Shown: positions 1 through 6,119 of the stretch, piece after piece
How the letters are laid out: each line of letters opens with the position of its first letter
Numbering within the stretch: position 1 is the stretch's first letter
Source: a virus
Taxonomy: Duplodnaviria; Heunggongvirae; Uroviricota; Caudoviricetes
IMG/VR virus record: IMGVR_UViG_2695420456_000001
Location: 1-8,279 of that record
Strand: one strand, 5' to 3'
DNA: 8,279 nucleotides
Notes under the pieces: model-generated
What the model was told of the DNA's origin: nothing
The model's database searches: none
Seen by the model: the letters and a program-made list of their open reading frames with translations, nothing else
Made by a program: the position numbers and the translations under genes

Positions 1-379
1 CCTTGCGCTCTTCCGGCTCAATTTCGCCGTCTGCCTCCGCAATGGCCACCGCCACATCCAGCACATCTTCCGCTTCACGCGTATCGTGTTTCACATCTTC
101 AATTTCACGCAATGCCGCTCGACGACCAATTTTAAAGTTCGTATCCAGCTGACCGATAATGGTTGCGCTAATCGCATTAATTTCTGACGTAAACGCGGAC
201 AACGCAGGCTGGTTACGCAAGACCTGCTCGATCTTCGCTTTCTCTGAAGCCTCACATTCACCATCTGCATAGGCCACCAGATAGGCAGCATTAATAACCG
301 CCTGTGCCAGATCACGTTTCTCAAACTTTTTAATTTCCACTGCCGCTCGGCGGGCTTTTTTACCAAAAATACCAAACAT
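1..379 (-). CDS. TerB-like domain protein, partial (about 126 N-terminal codons; C-terminus lies beyond the window start)
   Basis: ATG at 379..377 with AAAGGAA 7 nt upstream. Own translation MFGIFGKKARRAAVEIKKFEKRDLAQAVINAAYLVAYADGECEASEKAKIEQVL...VAVAIAEADGEIEPEERK shows two ADGE motifs in an Ala/Glu-rich helical context, as in TerB (tellurite-resistance) domains. Frame runs open to position 1. The ORF-track entry 91..408 is a different frame and looks non-protein-like. Confidence 0.55.
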   Translation of the reverse strand, partial: MFGIFGKKARRAAVEIKKFEKRDLAQAVINAAYLVAYADGECEASEKAKIEQVLRNQPALSAFTSEINAISATIIGQLDTNFKIGRRAALREIEDVKHDTREAEDVLDVAVAIAEADGEIEPEERK

Positions 380-511
380 CGTGACGTTCCTTTGGGTGGG
401 TGAGCCAACGCCCGGGAGCGATCTGCCCACAGAGAAAGTCACACTGACCACTCCGTAAGCTCACCCCCGAAAGGCTCTGTGGTTGATATGCGCCGGGCGT
501 GGCGCGGATAC

Positions 512-534
512 AAAAAAGGCCGCCAATAGCGACC
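512..534 (-). terminator. Rho-independent terminator (minus strand) downstream of the 69-aa gene
   Basis: Minus-strand RNA GGUCGC-UAUUG-GCGGCC (6-bp stem with one G.U pair) followed by UUUUUU. The G.U pair becomes a C-A mismatch on the plus strand, so it is minus-specific. Confidence 0.55.
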
Positions 535-568
535 TCAGTTACGGGATTATTCTGGGGTTAAACGACTG

Positions 569-778
569 TTACTCCCCCCAGACAAAATCATCACTTCCTG
601 TTCGATGCGAGCCATAGTGAACCTCGTACTTATCTCCCATCTTTCTTGCTTCCATTTCTGCGTCTTCCTCTGTCGCAAAAACCCCAACAAGATGCCAGGG
701 CGAGCTTCTTACCACAGCCCAACCTTTAACCCATCCTTTGTTGTCCTTATCTTCCATTAACACTTCAGAAACAAACAT
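569..778 (-). CDS. Hypothetical small protein (69 aa), possibly DUF2188-like
   Basis: ATG at 778 with AGGAGA 5 nt upstream; stop TAA at 569-571. Translation MFVSEVLMEDKDNKGWVKGWAVVRSSPWHLVGVFATEEDAEMEARKMGDKYEVHYGSHRTGSDDFVWGE. All three Arg codons are AGA, AGA and CGA. Confidence 0.55.
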   Translation of the reverse strand: MFVSEVLMEDKDNKGWVKGWAVVRSSPWHLVGVFATEEDAEMEARKMGDKYEVHYGSHRTGSDDFVWGE

Positions 779-830
779 ATTTATCTCCTTGTGGGTACCC
801 AGAGATATTTTATGATTGCTCCCGGTCAGA

Positions 831-1055
831 TCAATAAAGTGGCTTCAATTTTGCCTTAATGATCAAATCAGGGTGATTGACGGAATCGTACACCACCTCA
901 ATATTTTCATCCGTGGCGTCGATAAGATATTCTTTTACATAAGGACCTGTTGATTTTCCATGAAATACATCTTCAACAAGTACACTCTCCCCCTGAACAA
1001 CACGAAAACTAACTTCTGTTTCGAACGGACCAATCGTCACCATCAGTTTTTTCAC
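831..1055 (-). CDS. Hypothetical small protein (74 aa), unrecognised family
   Basis: GTG start at 1055 with AGGAGG 4 nt upstream; stop TGA at 831-833. Translation MKKLMVTIGPFETEVSFRVVQGESVLVEDVFHGKSTGPYVKEYLIDATDENIEVVYDSVNHPDLIIKAKLKPLY. No signal peptide is evident. Confidence 0.5.
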   Translation of the reverse strand: MKKLMVTIGPFETEVSFRVVQGESVLVEDVFHGKSTGPYVKEYLIDATDENIEVVYDSVNHPDLIIKAKLKPLY

Positions 1056-1107
1056 ATAGCCTCCTGATAAGCACTCGATTTATTAGTTAATGGTGTAACG
1101 CAGATAC

Positions 1108-1132
1108 AAAAAAAGGCCCGCAAAAGCGAGCC
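1108..1132 (-). terminator. Rho-independent terminator (minus strand) immediately after the tRNA cluster
   Basis: Minus-strand RNA GGCUCGC-UUUU-GCGGGCC (7-bp stem with one G.U pair) followed by UUUUUUU. It is homologous to the 512..534 terminator. Confidence 0.6.
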
Positions 1133-1145
1133 AAGTAAATAAATA

Positions 1146-1222
1146 TGGCACGTTGTACTGGATTCGAACCAGTGACCGATTGCTTAGAAGGCAATTGCTC
1201 TGTCCGACTGAGCTAACAACGC
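1146..1222 (-). tRNA. argO: tRNA-Arg (anticodon UCU)
   Basis: Manual cloverleaf on the reverse complement: acceptor GCGTTGT/ACAACGT, D-arm GCTC..GAGC, anticodon stem ATTGC/GCAAT with loop CTTCTAA, T-arm ACTGG-TTCGAAT-CCAGT, discriminator G, encoded CCA. The symbol is assigned from gene order by analogy with the ileZ-argN-argO cluster of Stx phages. Confidence 0.8.
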
Positions 1223-1235
1223 ATGATGCTGATAA

Positions 1236-1312
1236 TGGACCGCCATCGGGGACTTGAACCCCGCACAGCCAGCTTCGAAGGCTGACGCTCTATCCCGATG
1301 AGCTAATGGCGG
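1236..1312 (-). tRNA. argN: tRNA-Arg (anticodon UCG)
   Basis: Reverse complement folds with acceptor CCGCCAT/ATGGCGG (a C1-G72 pair), D-arm GCTC..GAGC, anticodon stem TCAGC/GCTGG with loop CTTCGAA, T-arm CGGGG-TTCAAGT-CCCCG, discriminator T, encoded CCA. The symbol is assigned by position only. Confidence 0.75.
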
Positions 1313-1319
1313 TATGTGA

Positions 1320-1395
1320 TGGTGGCCCTTGCTGGATTTGAACCAGCGACCTGGCGATTATGAGTCGCTCGCTCTCACCACTGAGCTAAAGGGCC
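1320..1395 (-). tRNA. ileZ: tRNA-Ile2 type (anticodon CAU, lysidine-type; a plain scan would call it Met)
   Basis: Reverse complement GGCCCTTTAGCTCAGTGGTGAGAGCGAGCGACTCATAATCGCCAGGTCGCTGGTTCAAATCCAGCAAGGGCCACCA has a perfect 7-bp acceptor, anticodon loop CTCATAA, T-loop TTCAAAT and encoded CCA. It closely resembles E. coli ileX as recalled. Confidence 0.85.
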
Positions 1396-1404
1396 GGGCG
1401 CAGG

Positions 1405-1433
1405 ATAATAACGGTACGTAACTAATTCTGCAA
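1405..1433 (-). promoter_or_regulatory. Candidate sigma70 promoter for the tRNA cluster
   Basis: On the minus strand TTGCAG, a 17-nt spacer, TATTAT, then the GC-rich segment CCTGCGCCC before tRNA position +1. The GC-rich discriminator resembles stable-RNA promoters. Confidence 0.45.
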
Positions 1434-1435
1434 TA

Positions 1436-1534
1436 TCATCCGTTCTGACTGACTACATTCTGAACTTCCCTGACCGTCTGCTCAAAACGCCCGCTCTCCA
1501 GCTCAACGCCAATTGCACGACGCCCCAGCGCCAT
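1436..1534 (-). pseudogene. C-terminal remnant of a DNA methyltransferase (about 32-42 codons)
   Basis: Minus-strand translation ...SVKAAMALGRRAIGVELESGRFEQTVREVQNVVSQNG* resembles the C-terminal AdoMet-binding region of beta-class N6/N4 methyltransferases (LGRRxIGxE). There is no catalytic region upstream; the frame runs into the 1558..1586 terminator hairpin. Confidence 0.3.
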
Positions 1535-1557
1535 TGCTGCTTTGACGCTACGGACAT

Positions 1558-1586
1558 AAAAAAGCCAGCCACTGGGGGAGGCTGGC
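1558..1586 (-). terminator. Rho-independent terminator (minus strand), second terminator downstream of the pR'-like promoter
   Basis: Minus-strand RNA GCCAGCC-UCCCCCAGU-GGCUGGC (7-bp GC-rich stem) followed by UUUUUU. Confidence 0.5.
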
Positions 1587-1767
1587 GAAACTCGTAGAGC
1601 AAAAGTGTTGTTACACTAACTTCGTCACAGGGTTATCCTGCAATACTCAAAATACACAATATTTACAAAACTAATAGTATACAAGGCGATCTTTAAGATT
1701 TTGTTATAAATTATTGCCTTTCTCCTCTTTCCATGAGCTTTCTGGATAGCCACAGAATTCCGGGTAC

Positions 1768-1794
1768 AGAAAAACCCGCTCAGCGGCGGGTTTT
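1768..1794 (-). terminator. tR'-like intrinsic terminator about 45-70 nt downstream of the pR'-like start
   Basis: Stem CCCGC/GCGGG (extendable by A-T pairs), loop of 6 nt, followed on the minus strand by UUUUU. A T-run on the other side could allow bidirectional function. Confidence 0.6.
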
Positions 1795-1843
1795 GCTACT
1801 TTGCCATCACGTACAAAATCGGCAAAATATCAGATTTGCATGA

Positions 1844-1872
1844 AATATATGCCTTTTAATCTACTTTTGCAA
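1844..1872 (-). promoter_or_regulatory. pR'-like late promoter immediately after the Q-like gene stop
   Basis: On the minus strand TTGCAA (1872..1867), a 17-nt spacer, TATATT (1849..1844). Predicted start near 1837, with a short leader ending in the 1768..1794 terminator, the arrangement expected for a Q-dependent late promoter. Confidence 0.45.
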
Positions 1873-1876
1873 TACT

Positions 1877-2545
1877 TTACTGTGAAAATGCCGCCTTTTG
1901 TTTTAAACGTGTTCTCGTCACGAACAATAAAGCCTCATTATCCAGCCGGTGAAAAATGTGTTTCATTGCAACCCAGTGGCCAGTAAATGTTTTGGACCAG
2001 TTTTTGGTTGTCACTCCCGCCAGTAATGCCAGCTCCTGGTATTCATAACCTTCCCCACCAAAAAGTTCTGCTTTTACTGCCTGCGCCGCCAGCCAGATTA
2101 ATTTTTTCAGGCGTTCCTGCGTTTTCCCTGCAATTTTTCTGGTACCAGATTGAGTATTAAATTCATTCCACGCCCACTGTGTTATCGCGATCTGATATTC
2201 CCAACAAATGCTCTCGCTGTAACACCACAACAACCAGGCTTTATGATGTTCTTCAAGAGACAGAACAGCCCGCCGCCACGATGATGTCGAAAACTCAACC
2301 GGACTGACCAGAGGAATTGACGTCCCCTTCGCCAGCGATTGCTTCCCCGGGATTGGTGGATTATCCCGCGTTATCATTTTTCCAGTCACTTCATCGCGGT
2401 ACCGGATTTTTTTTCGCCTGTAACGCCCTGTATCGAACATGGCATTCTCTTGCCAGGCTTCAAACTGACCTTTTGTTGCCCCACTCAAATCAGCGGTAGC
2501 GATAATGAGCTGCTCACGCACAAACTGTAAATACTGGTTATTCAT
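1877..2545 (-). CDS. Putative late-gene antiterminator Q-like protein (222 aa), not lambda-Q type
   Basis: Position is canonical: directly after rusA and directly before the pR'-like promoter, tR'-like terminator and tRNA trio. Likely start is ATG 2545, overlapping the rusA stop as ATGA; the track start at 2551 is GTG. No lambda-Q zinc-finger Cys pattern is present, so the family is uncertain and the call rests on synteny. Confidence 0.55.
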   Translation of the reverse strand: MNNQYLQFVREQLIIATADLSGATKGQFEAWQENAMFDTGRYRRKKIRYRDEVTGKMITRDNPPIPGKQSLAKGTSIPLVSPVEFSTSSWRRAVLSLEEHHKAWLLWCYSESICWEYQIAITQWAWNEFNTQSGTRKIAGKTQERLKKLIWLAAQAVKAELFGGEGYEYQELALLAGVTTKNWSKTFTGHWVAMKHIFHRLDNEALLFVTRTRLKQKAAFSQ

Positions 2546-2904
2546 GCGCACTCCAGTTCTGTGATTTTTATTCCAAGCCTCCCACCTGATACTTTCACAC
2601 CACGAATTACGCGAATGTCATCGAATTGCTCGTCGTCTTCCGCAAATCCGGCGTGGATAAGGGAGTCGAGTAAACCTTTCAGGATGTTGTCGAGGTCGCG
2701 GCGGCGGGAGTCTGGAACGTCTGCGATGACTTTGATACGGAGTCGTGATTTGGTGAAAATGTCTAACTTGAGTTGGCGGATGATTTGCTGAACGTCTTTT
2801 CGGTATTTCTGGCCTTTATCGCTGATGTAGTATTGGCTTCCCCGTCTTCGCCAGTAGGTGTTCAGCGACGGCGGATATGGAAGCACAAACTGATATTCGT
2901 TCAT
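2542..2904 (-). CDS. rusA: Holliday-junction resolvase RusA
   Basis: 120 aa, MNEYQFVLPYPPSLNTYW...DSRRRDLDNILKGLLDSLIHAGF...GGRLGIKITELE, matching E. coli RusA hallmarks (PDxRRRDLDN, acidic catalytic residues). Start ATG overlaps the ybcO-like stop as ATGA. Confidence 0.85.
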   Translation of the reverse strand: MNEYQFVLPYPPSLNTYWRRRGSQYYISDKGQKYRKDVQQIIRQLKLDIFTKSRLRIKVIADVPDSRRRDLDNILKGLLDSLIHAGFAEDDEQFDDIRVIRGVKVSGGRLGIKITELECA

Positions 2905-3191
2905 GGCTTAATCTTCCCCTCCTTCAGCAGTATCGCCTGCGTCCTGATCACGCCTTCAAGGTGGTAAAGTCTGGCGTCTTTGTTGTCGAGGTTATGGGTG
3001 CGTCGGTCGATTTCATCGTGACACGCGCTACAAGCCCATGCGCCGATCAGGTCGTCAGGCTTTATTCCCGTTCCGCAAATTCCAGCCATCCGGTAATGTG
3101 CCAGAACTGTAGTTTCAGGGTTTCCATTGCATACGCCGTAAATACGTACCTGGCATTCTCTGCCGCGCGCTTCTTTGCGTAGGTTAGCCAT
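2901..3191 (-). CDS. ybcO: YbcO-like DUF1364 protein (Cys-rich, putative nuclease)
   Basis: 96 aa, MANLRKEARGRECQVRIYGVCNGNPETTVLAHYRMAGICGTGIKPDDLIGAWACSACHDEIDRRTH..., closely resembling DLP12 YbcO as recalled. It sits directly upstream of rusA as in DLP12. Confidence 0.8.
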   Translation of the reverse strand: MANLRKEARGRECQVRIYGVCNGNPETTVLAHYRMAGICGTGIKPDDLIGAWACSACHDEIDRRTHNLDNKDARLYHLEGVIRTQAILLKEGKIKP

Positions 3192-3913
3192 TAAGCAGCC
3201 TCCCCTGTTACTTTCAGCATTCCGTTATCGAGCAGCTTTCTGGTCAGCCACTGTTGACCACGCCCGGTGATTTTTGTGGTGAACGATATCTGTATTCCGT
3301 GATTTGTATTGACCGCTGTTTCTTTCACTGTGAAATAGCCGCGATCCATATATTCCTGCATTGGCACATTGCGCCGGGAACCTGAAGCAATAAGGATTTT
3401 GTGTTCGCGCATCCACGCAAACAGTTTGTTTGGACCAATACCAACAACCTTTGCATAGTTTCCAATCAAAATTCCGCTGGCCTCGCCAACGCGATCGGCA
3501 AACTCAACTTTAGGTGCGGCAATTGCGAGCTGGTTTTCCAGTTGCATTTTCTGCTCAGCAAGATCAGCAGCAAGGCGCAACGCTTCTGGTAGAGTTTTGG
3601 GGATATTAACCGCAGCGTCTTCAAGCTCTCGCCAACGGTCAACAAGACGAGCGGTGAATTCCGGCGACAACTGGGCAACGACAATAATGCTGTCTCGCTT
3701 ACCTTGTTCGCCTTCGAATACATACACACGAAAACTTTGATTTAAGCCTAACCCATTGATTCTTCCACAATCCTCAATTTGAGGATGTCGGATAACACCA
3801 TTTTTAGCCAGCATTTCGATAGTACGTTTCACATTGTCATGACGCTTACCTGTAAGCTCAGAGATTTCAATGCTGGTCATTTTGATGACGTTGCTATTTA
3901 TCAGCTCGTTCAT
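3191..3913 (-). CDS. Phage antirepressor (Rha-type N-terminal domain, KilAC/ANT C-terminal domain)
   Basis: N-terminus ...MTSIEISELTGKRHDNVKRTIEML... is Rha-like; C-terminus ...YAKVVGIGPNKLFAWMREHKIL...NVPMQEYMDRGYF... is KilAC-like. The second ATG (3913) has GAGAGGA 7 nt upstream; the first ATG (3919) is only 1 nt from it. The stop overlaps the ybcO start as TAATG. Confidence 0.8.
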   Translation of the reverse strand: MNELINSNVIKMTSIEISELTGKRHDNVKRTIEMLAKNGVIRHPQIEDCGRINGLGLNQSFRVYVFEGEQGKRDSIIVVAQLSPEFTARLVDRWRELEDAAVNIPKTLPEALRLAADLAEQKMQLENQLAIAAPKVEFADRVGEASGILIGNYAKVVGIGPNKLFAWMREHKILIASGSRRNVPMQEYMDRGYFTVKETAVNTNHGIQISFTTKITGRGQQWLTRKLLDNGMLKVTGEAA

Positions 3914-3946
3914 TGTCATGTCCTCTCATATTGAAAATTCACCAAT

Positions 3947-3968
3947 AAAAAACCCAGCCGAAGCTGGG
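3947..3968 (-). terminator. Rho-independent terminator (minus strand) between the Roi-like gene and the antirepressor
   Basis: Stem CCCAGC/GCUGGG with a 4-nt loop, followed on the minus strand by UUUUUU. Confidence 0.65.
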
Positions 3969-3987
3969 TTTGTTAAGTTGTCAATTG

Positions 3988-4692
3988 TCAGTAGCGATGT
4001 AGTGAAGGAGGTAATTCTTTGTTCTTAAGCCTTACCCATGCGGAAAGATTCGTTGGTCCGTCTGGCTCATTAATATCAACATCTCGTGTGTGATTGATTA
4101 AAACGTCTCTCGCCATTCCAATAACATACGAGAACTCATGACCGTAGTCGTAACATCTGCCGGAATAGTTCGATTGAATTTGCTTTAGCGCTGGATACAA
4201 TTCGCGGAATAATGCCTGTGAGCGGTTAGCATAATCCCACAGCCATACAAGGCTGTCTGTTTCTTTTGCGGAAAGCCCGTTGAGCTTCTTCTCTTGTTTG
4301 CCAGTATTTTTCTCGCACTGGCTGAAATAGCAGTCTTCCAGTTTTTCGAACACTTCCCACGCCTGATCGGTTTCGAGCATTTTGGCGTGACGGGCTGCTC
4401 CGCGTTCTGTCCAGAGGATGAGGGAGCGGGCTTTCGGGGAAATTTGTAACCCTCTTAAAGATGGTTGCAAATTTTGTGAGTTACTTAAAGTAACCCGCAA
4501 AATTTTCAACTCATCACCAACAACCTTGAAAAAGTGTTTACCCTCAACAAAACGCTCGGAATTACGGGTGTAATTTACTTTGATGTTGTTGATCTCGGTA
4601 CAGTAAAGCTGTGCCAGTAACTCGGTAGTGATAACGGGAATTTGGTTGTGTGTAATTGGGGAAAGAGTTTCGACAGAAATCTGAGTGGCCAT
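3988..4692 (-). CDS. ORF6N-domain phage protein (Roi/antirepressor-like)
   Basis: N-terminus ...[10 protein letters not shown]...[11 protein letters not shown]...[16 protein letters not shown] is characteristic of ORF6N/Bro-N-related domains. Probable start is ATG 4692 (GGAG 9 nt upstream) rather than the track start at 4710. Confidence 0.7.
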   Translation of the reverse strand: MATQISVETLSPITHNQIPVITTELLAQLYCTEINNIKVNYTRNSERFVEGKHFFKVVGDELKILRVTLSNSQNLQPSLRGLQISPKARSLILWTERGAARHAKMLETDQAWEVFEKLEDCYFSQCEKNTGKQEKKLNGLSAKETDSLVWLWDYANRSQALFRELYPALKQIQSNYSGRCYDYGHEFSYVIGMARDVLINHTRDVDINEPDGPTNLSAWVRLKNKELPPSLHRY

Positions 4693-4856
4693 AACGATAA
4701 CTCCGTACATTTGGACATTATCGCCACCGTCAGGTGCTAATCATCATGGTGGCGAACTGTGCGGGGTTAGCACTACCGGGTACGGAAACCGGCGAGCCTT
4801 TCGGCTCCCCCACACAGCCCGCCATAAATCGCGAATGTGACTGTGCAAACGATATG

Positions 4857-4877
4857 AAAAAAGACGCGGGCGCGTCT
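4857..4877 (-). terminator. Rho-independent terminator (minus strand) downstream of ninE
   Basis: Minus-strand RNA GACGCG-CC-CGCGUC (GC-rich 6-bp stem, minimal loop) followed by UUUUUU, inside a larger imperfect palindrome GATATGA...TCATATC. Confidence 0.6.
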
Positions 4878-4969
4878 CATATCGCTCCGTAAACATCCGG
4901 GGTGCTAATCCCGACGCCAGATTTTGCTGGCGCGTGAGGAATATAGCCCCGAATAAATCATCGCGTCAA

Positions 4970-5152
4970 TCACCTTGTTTTCCTCGCACGATGTCTTAGC
5001 CACCGGATATCCCACAGATGAGCCGTGTAGTTGAAGGTTTTTACGTCAGATTCTTTTGGGATTGGCTTGCGTTTATTTCTGGAGCGTTTCGTTGGAAGGT
5101 ATTTGCAGTTTTCGCAGATGATGTCGGTGATACTTCTTCGCTGTCGCCTCAT
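4970..5152 (-). CDS. ninE: NinE-family protein (60 aa)
   Basis: [60 protein letters not shown], recognised as NinE-like. Start ATG overlaps the Dam stop as ATGA. The track ORF 4970..5242 is an upstream extension overlapping dam. Confidence 0.7.
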   Translation of the reverse strand: MRRQRRSITDIICENCKYLPTKRSRNKRKPIPKESDVKTFNYTAHLWDIRWLRHRARKTR

Positions 5153-5676
5153 GCCGCCCTTCTGACGCCCTGCCCGATCGCCATCAATGCCGCTTTGGAT
5201 ACGGTAGTAAACATCCGTCGAGGACTGATGAACGGTCGCCAAATCAGCAGCATGGAACCTTTGCTGTTTCCCTTCTTCTCCAGCCCTGTCGATGGTTCGA
5301 TAAAATTAATCCGTCCATCAGTGATAATACGAACTTCGTCAACACTCTCCAGAGCCTTGCTGAACCATCCGACTGACATATCCTCTGGTACAAGCATAAC
5401 TACCGTCTGTCGCTGTTGTATGCACTGCTCAGCGGCTTTTTCCACCCACGGCCTGATATTGCTGTACGGTGGGTTATTCCAGATTGCACCGTGGCTTACC
5501 CACTCAGAATTGAGCGCGTCGTCGGCCTCAGTTAGCCAGTGAGCACACAGAGCATTTTTGTCGCTCGCTGCCGAATCCAGCCAGAATCCAAACTCAATAT
5601 CCAGTGCATCAAAAAGCCAAAGCGGCGTTTGCCAGCAGTCCTTGTCGTGTGCTGGCGTATTTGATTTGATAGTCAT
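5149..5676 (-). CDS. Phage Dam-type DNA N6-adenine methyltransferase (175 aa)
   Basis: N-terminal [26 protein letters not shown] and catalytic NPPY motif (WNNPPYS), typical of the small phage Dam family. Start ATG overlaps the ninB stop as ATGA. Confidence 0.8.
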   Translation of the reverse strand: MTIKSNTPAHDKDCWQTPLWLFDALDIEFGFWLDSAASDKNALCAHWLTEADDALNSEWVSHGAIWNNPPYSNIRPWVEKAAEQCIQQRQTVVMLVPEDMSVGWFSKALESVDEVRIITDGRINFIEPSTGLEKKGNSKGSMLLIWRPFISPRRMFTTVSKAALMAIGQGVRRAA

Positions 5677-6119
5677 GCAGCCCTACCTTTTCGTTGTGAC
5701 CATTCATACTCTCGCCGGGAGTCATCACTCCACCGCACGTTGCGCTCTGAGCCGAACCAGAACATGATTTCGATAAGCTCAGTCATGCTGGCCTTCCGCA
5801 TTTTGCTGGTACGCACGCCAAGCATGACAACGCCACCGTCGATACCAGGCCCACTTCGTTGCTCCAGTTTTTTGGTCTTAAGCCACAGGGCAGTGAACAG
5901 GTCTTTCCAGTCTTCCGGCGCCAGCCGTTGACCATGCCATAGCACCTGACGCGAAACATCGTTCAGCATCGGCCACATACGGTCATTCTGCGCTTTGCTG
6001 CGCCTGGGTTCTTTAACGTGGACTTCGTGGGGTGACTTGTCGTCGATGGGTAGTGAGAGAATGGCGTCTATGGCGTTATTTCTGATTGCTTCGTTGCGAA
6101 GCAGAAAGGTTTGCTTCAT
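5673..6119 (-). CDS. ninB: Recombination protein NinB (148 aa)
   Basis: MKQTFLLRNEAIRNNAIDAILSLP...DVSRQVLWHGQRLAPEDWKDLFTA...[23 protein letters not shown] aligns with lambda NinB as recalled. ATG 6119 has GGAG upstream; the track start at 6221 is an N-terminal over-extension. Confidence 0.85.
   Translation of the reverse strand: MKQTFLLRNEAIRNNAIDAILSLPIDDKSPHEVHVKEPRRSKAQNDRMWPMLNDVSRQVLWHGQRLAPEDWKDLFTALWLKTKKLEQRSGPGIDGGVVMLGVRTSKMRKASMTELIEIMFWFGSERNVRWSDDSRREYEWSQRKGRAA

Noticed and set aside
91-408. Track ORF of 105 aa on the minus strand (MAHPPKGTSRCLVF...)
   Set aside because: Its translation is Arg/Trp/Cys-rich and not protein-like. The overlapping frame starting at ATG 379 has a ribosome-binding site and encodes a convincing TerB-like sequence, so this is an out-of-frame artefact of the real gene.
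1801-1986. Plus-strand ORF of 61 aa across the pR'-like promoter and Q-like gene end
   Set aside because: It is antisense to the promoter and Q-like gene 3' end, has no ribosome-binding site, and has low-complexity AT-rich codons.
2317-3182. Plus-strand ORFs 2317..2499, 2339..2530, 2561..2791, 2773..2967 and 2877..3182
   Set aside because: All are antisense to the well-supported Q-like, rusA and ybcO genes, and their translations have no recognisable features. They are treated as shadow ORFs.
3225-3729. Minus-strand ORFs 3225..3416 and 3466..3729, and plus-strand ORF 3401..3592
   Set aside because: They are alternative frames or antisense inside the antirepressor gene, whose main frame gives recognisable Rha and KilAC domains.
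4693-4710. Upstream start at 4710 for the Roi-like gene
   Set aside because: The internal ATG at 4692 has a GGAG ribosome-binding site at proper spacing; the 4710 ATG has none.
455-4820. Shared 11-mer GAGCCTTTCGG between about 465..480 (minus strand) and about 4793..4806 (plus strand)
   Set aside because: Its length is within chance expectation for this window, and there is no consistent flanking similarity.
4733-4910. 10-bp direct repeat GGTGCTAATC at 4733..4742 and 4901..4910 flanking the 4857..4877 terminator
   Set aside because: By my rough estimate, tens of exact 10-mer pairs are expected by chance in an 8.3-kb window, so this is not significant alone.
5153-5242. N-terminal extension of the ninE ORF (track 4970..5242)
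   Set aside because: The extension overlaps the dam 3' end in another frame. The NinE family is about 60 aa and the internal ATG forms an ATGA coupling with the dam stop.
5018-5542. Plus-strand ORF of 174 aa
   Set aside because: It is antisense to the Dam methyltransferase gene and the ninE start, its translation is Ser/Ala-rich with no motifs, and it has no ribosome-binding site.
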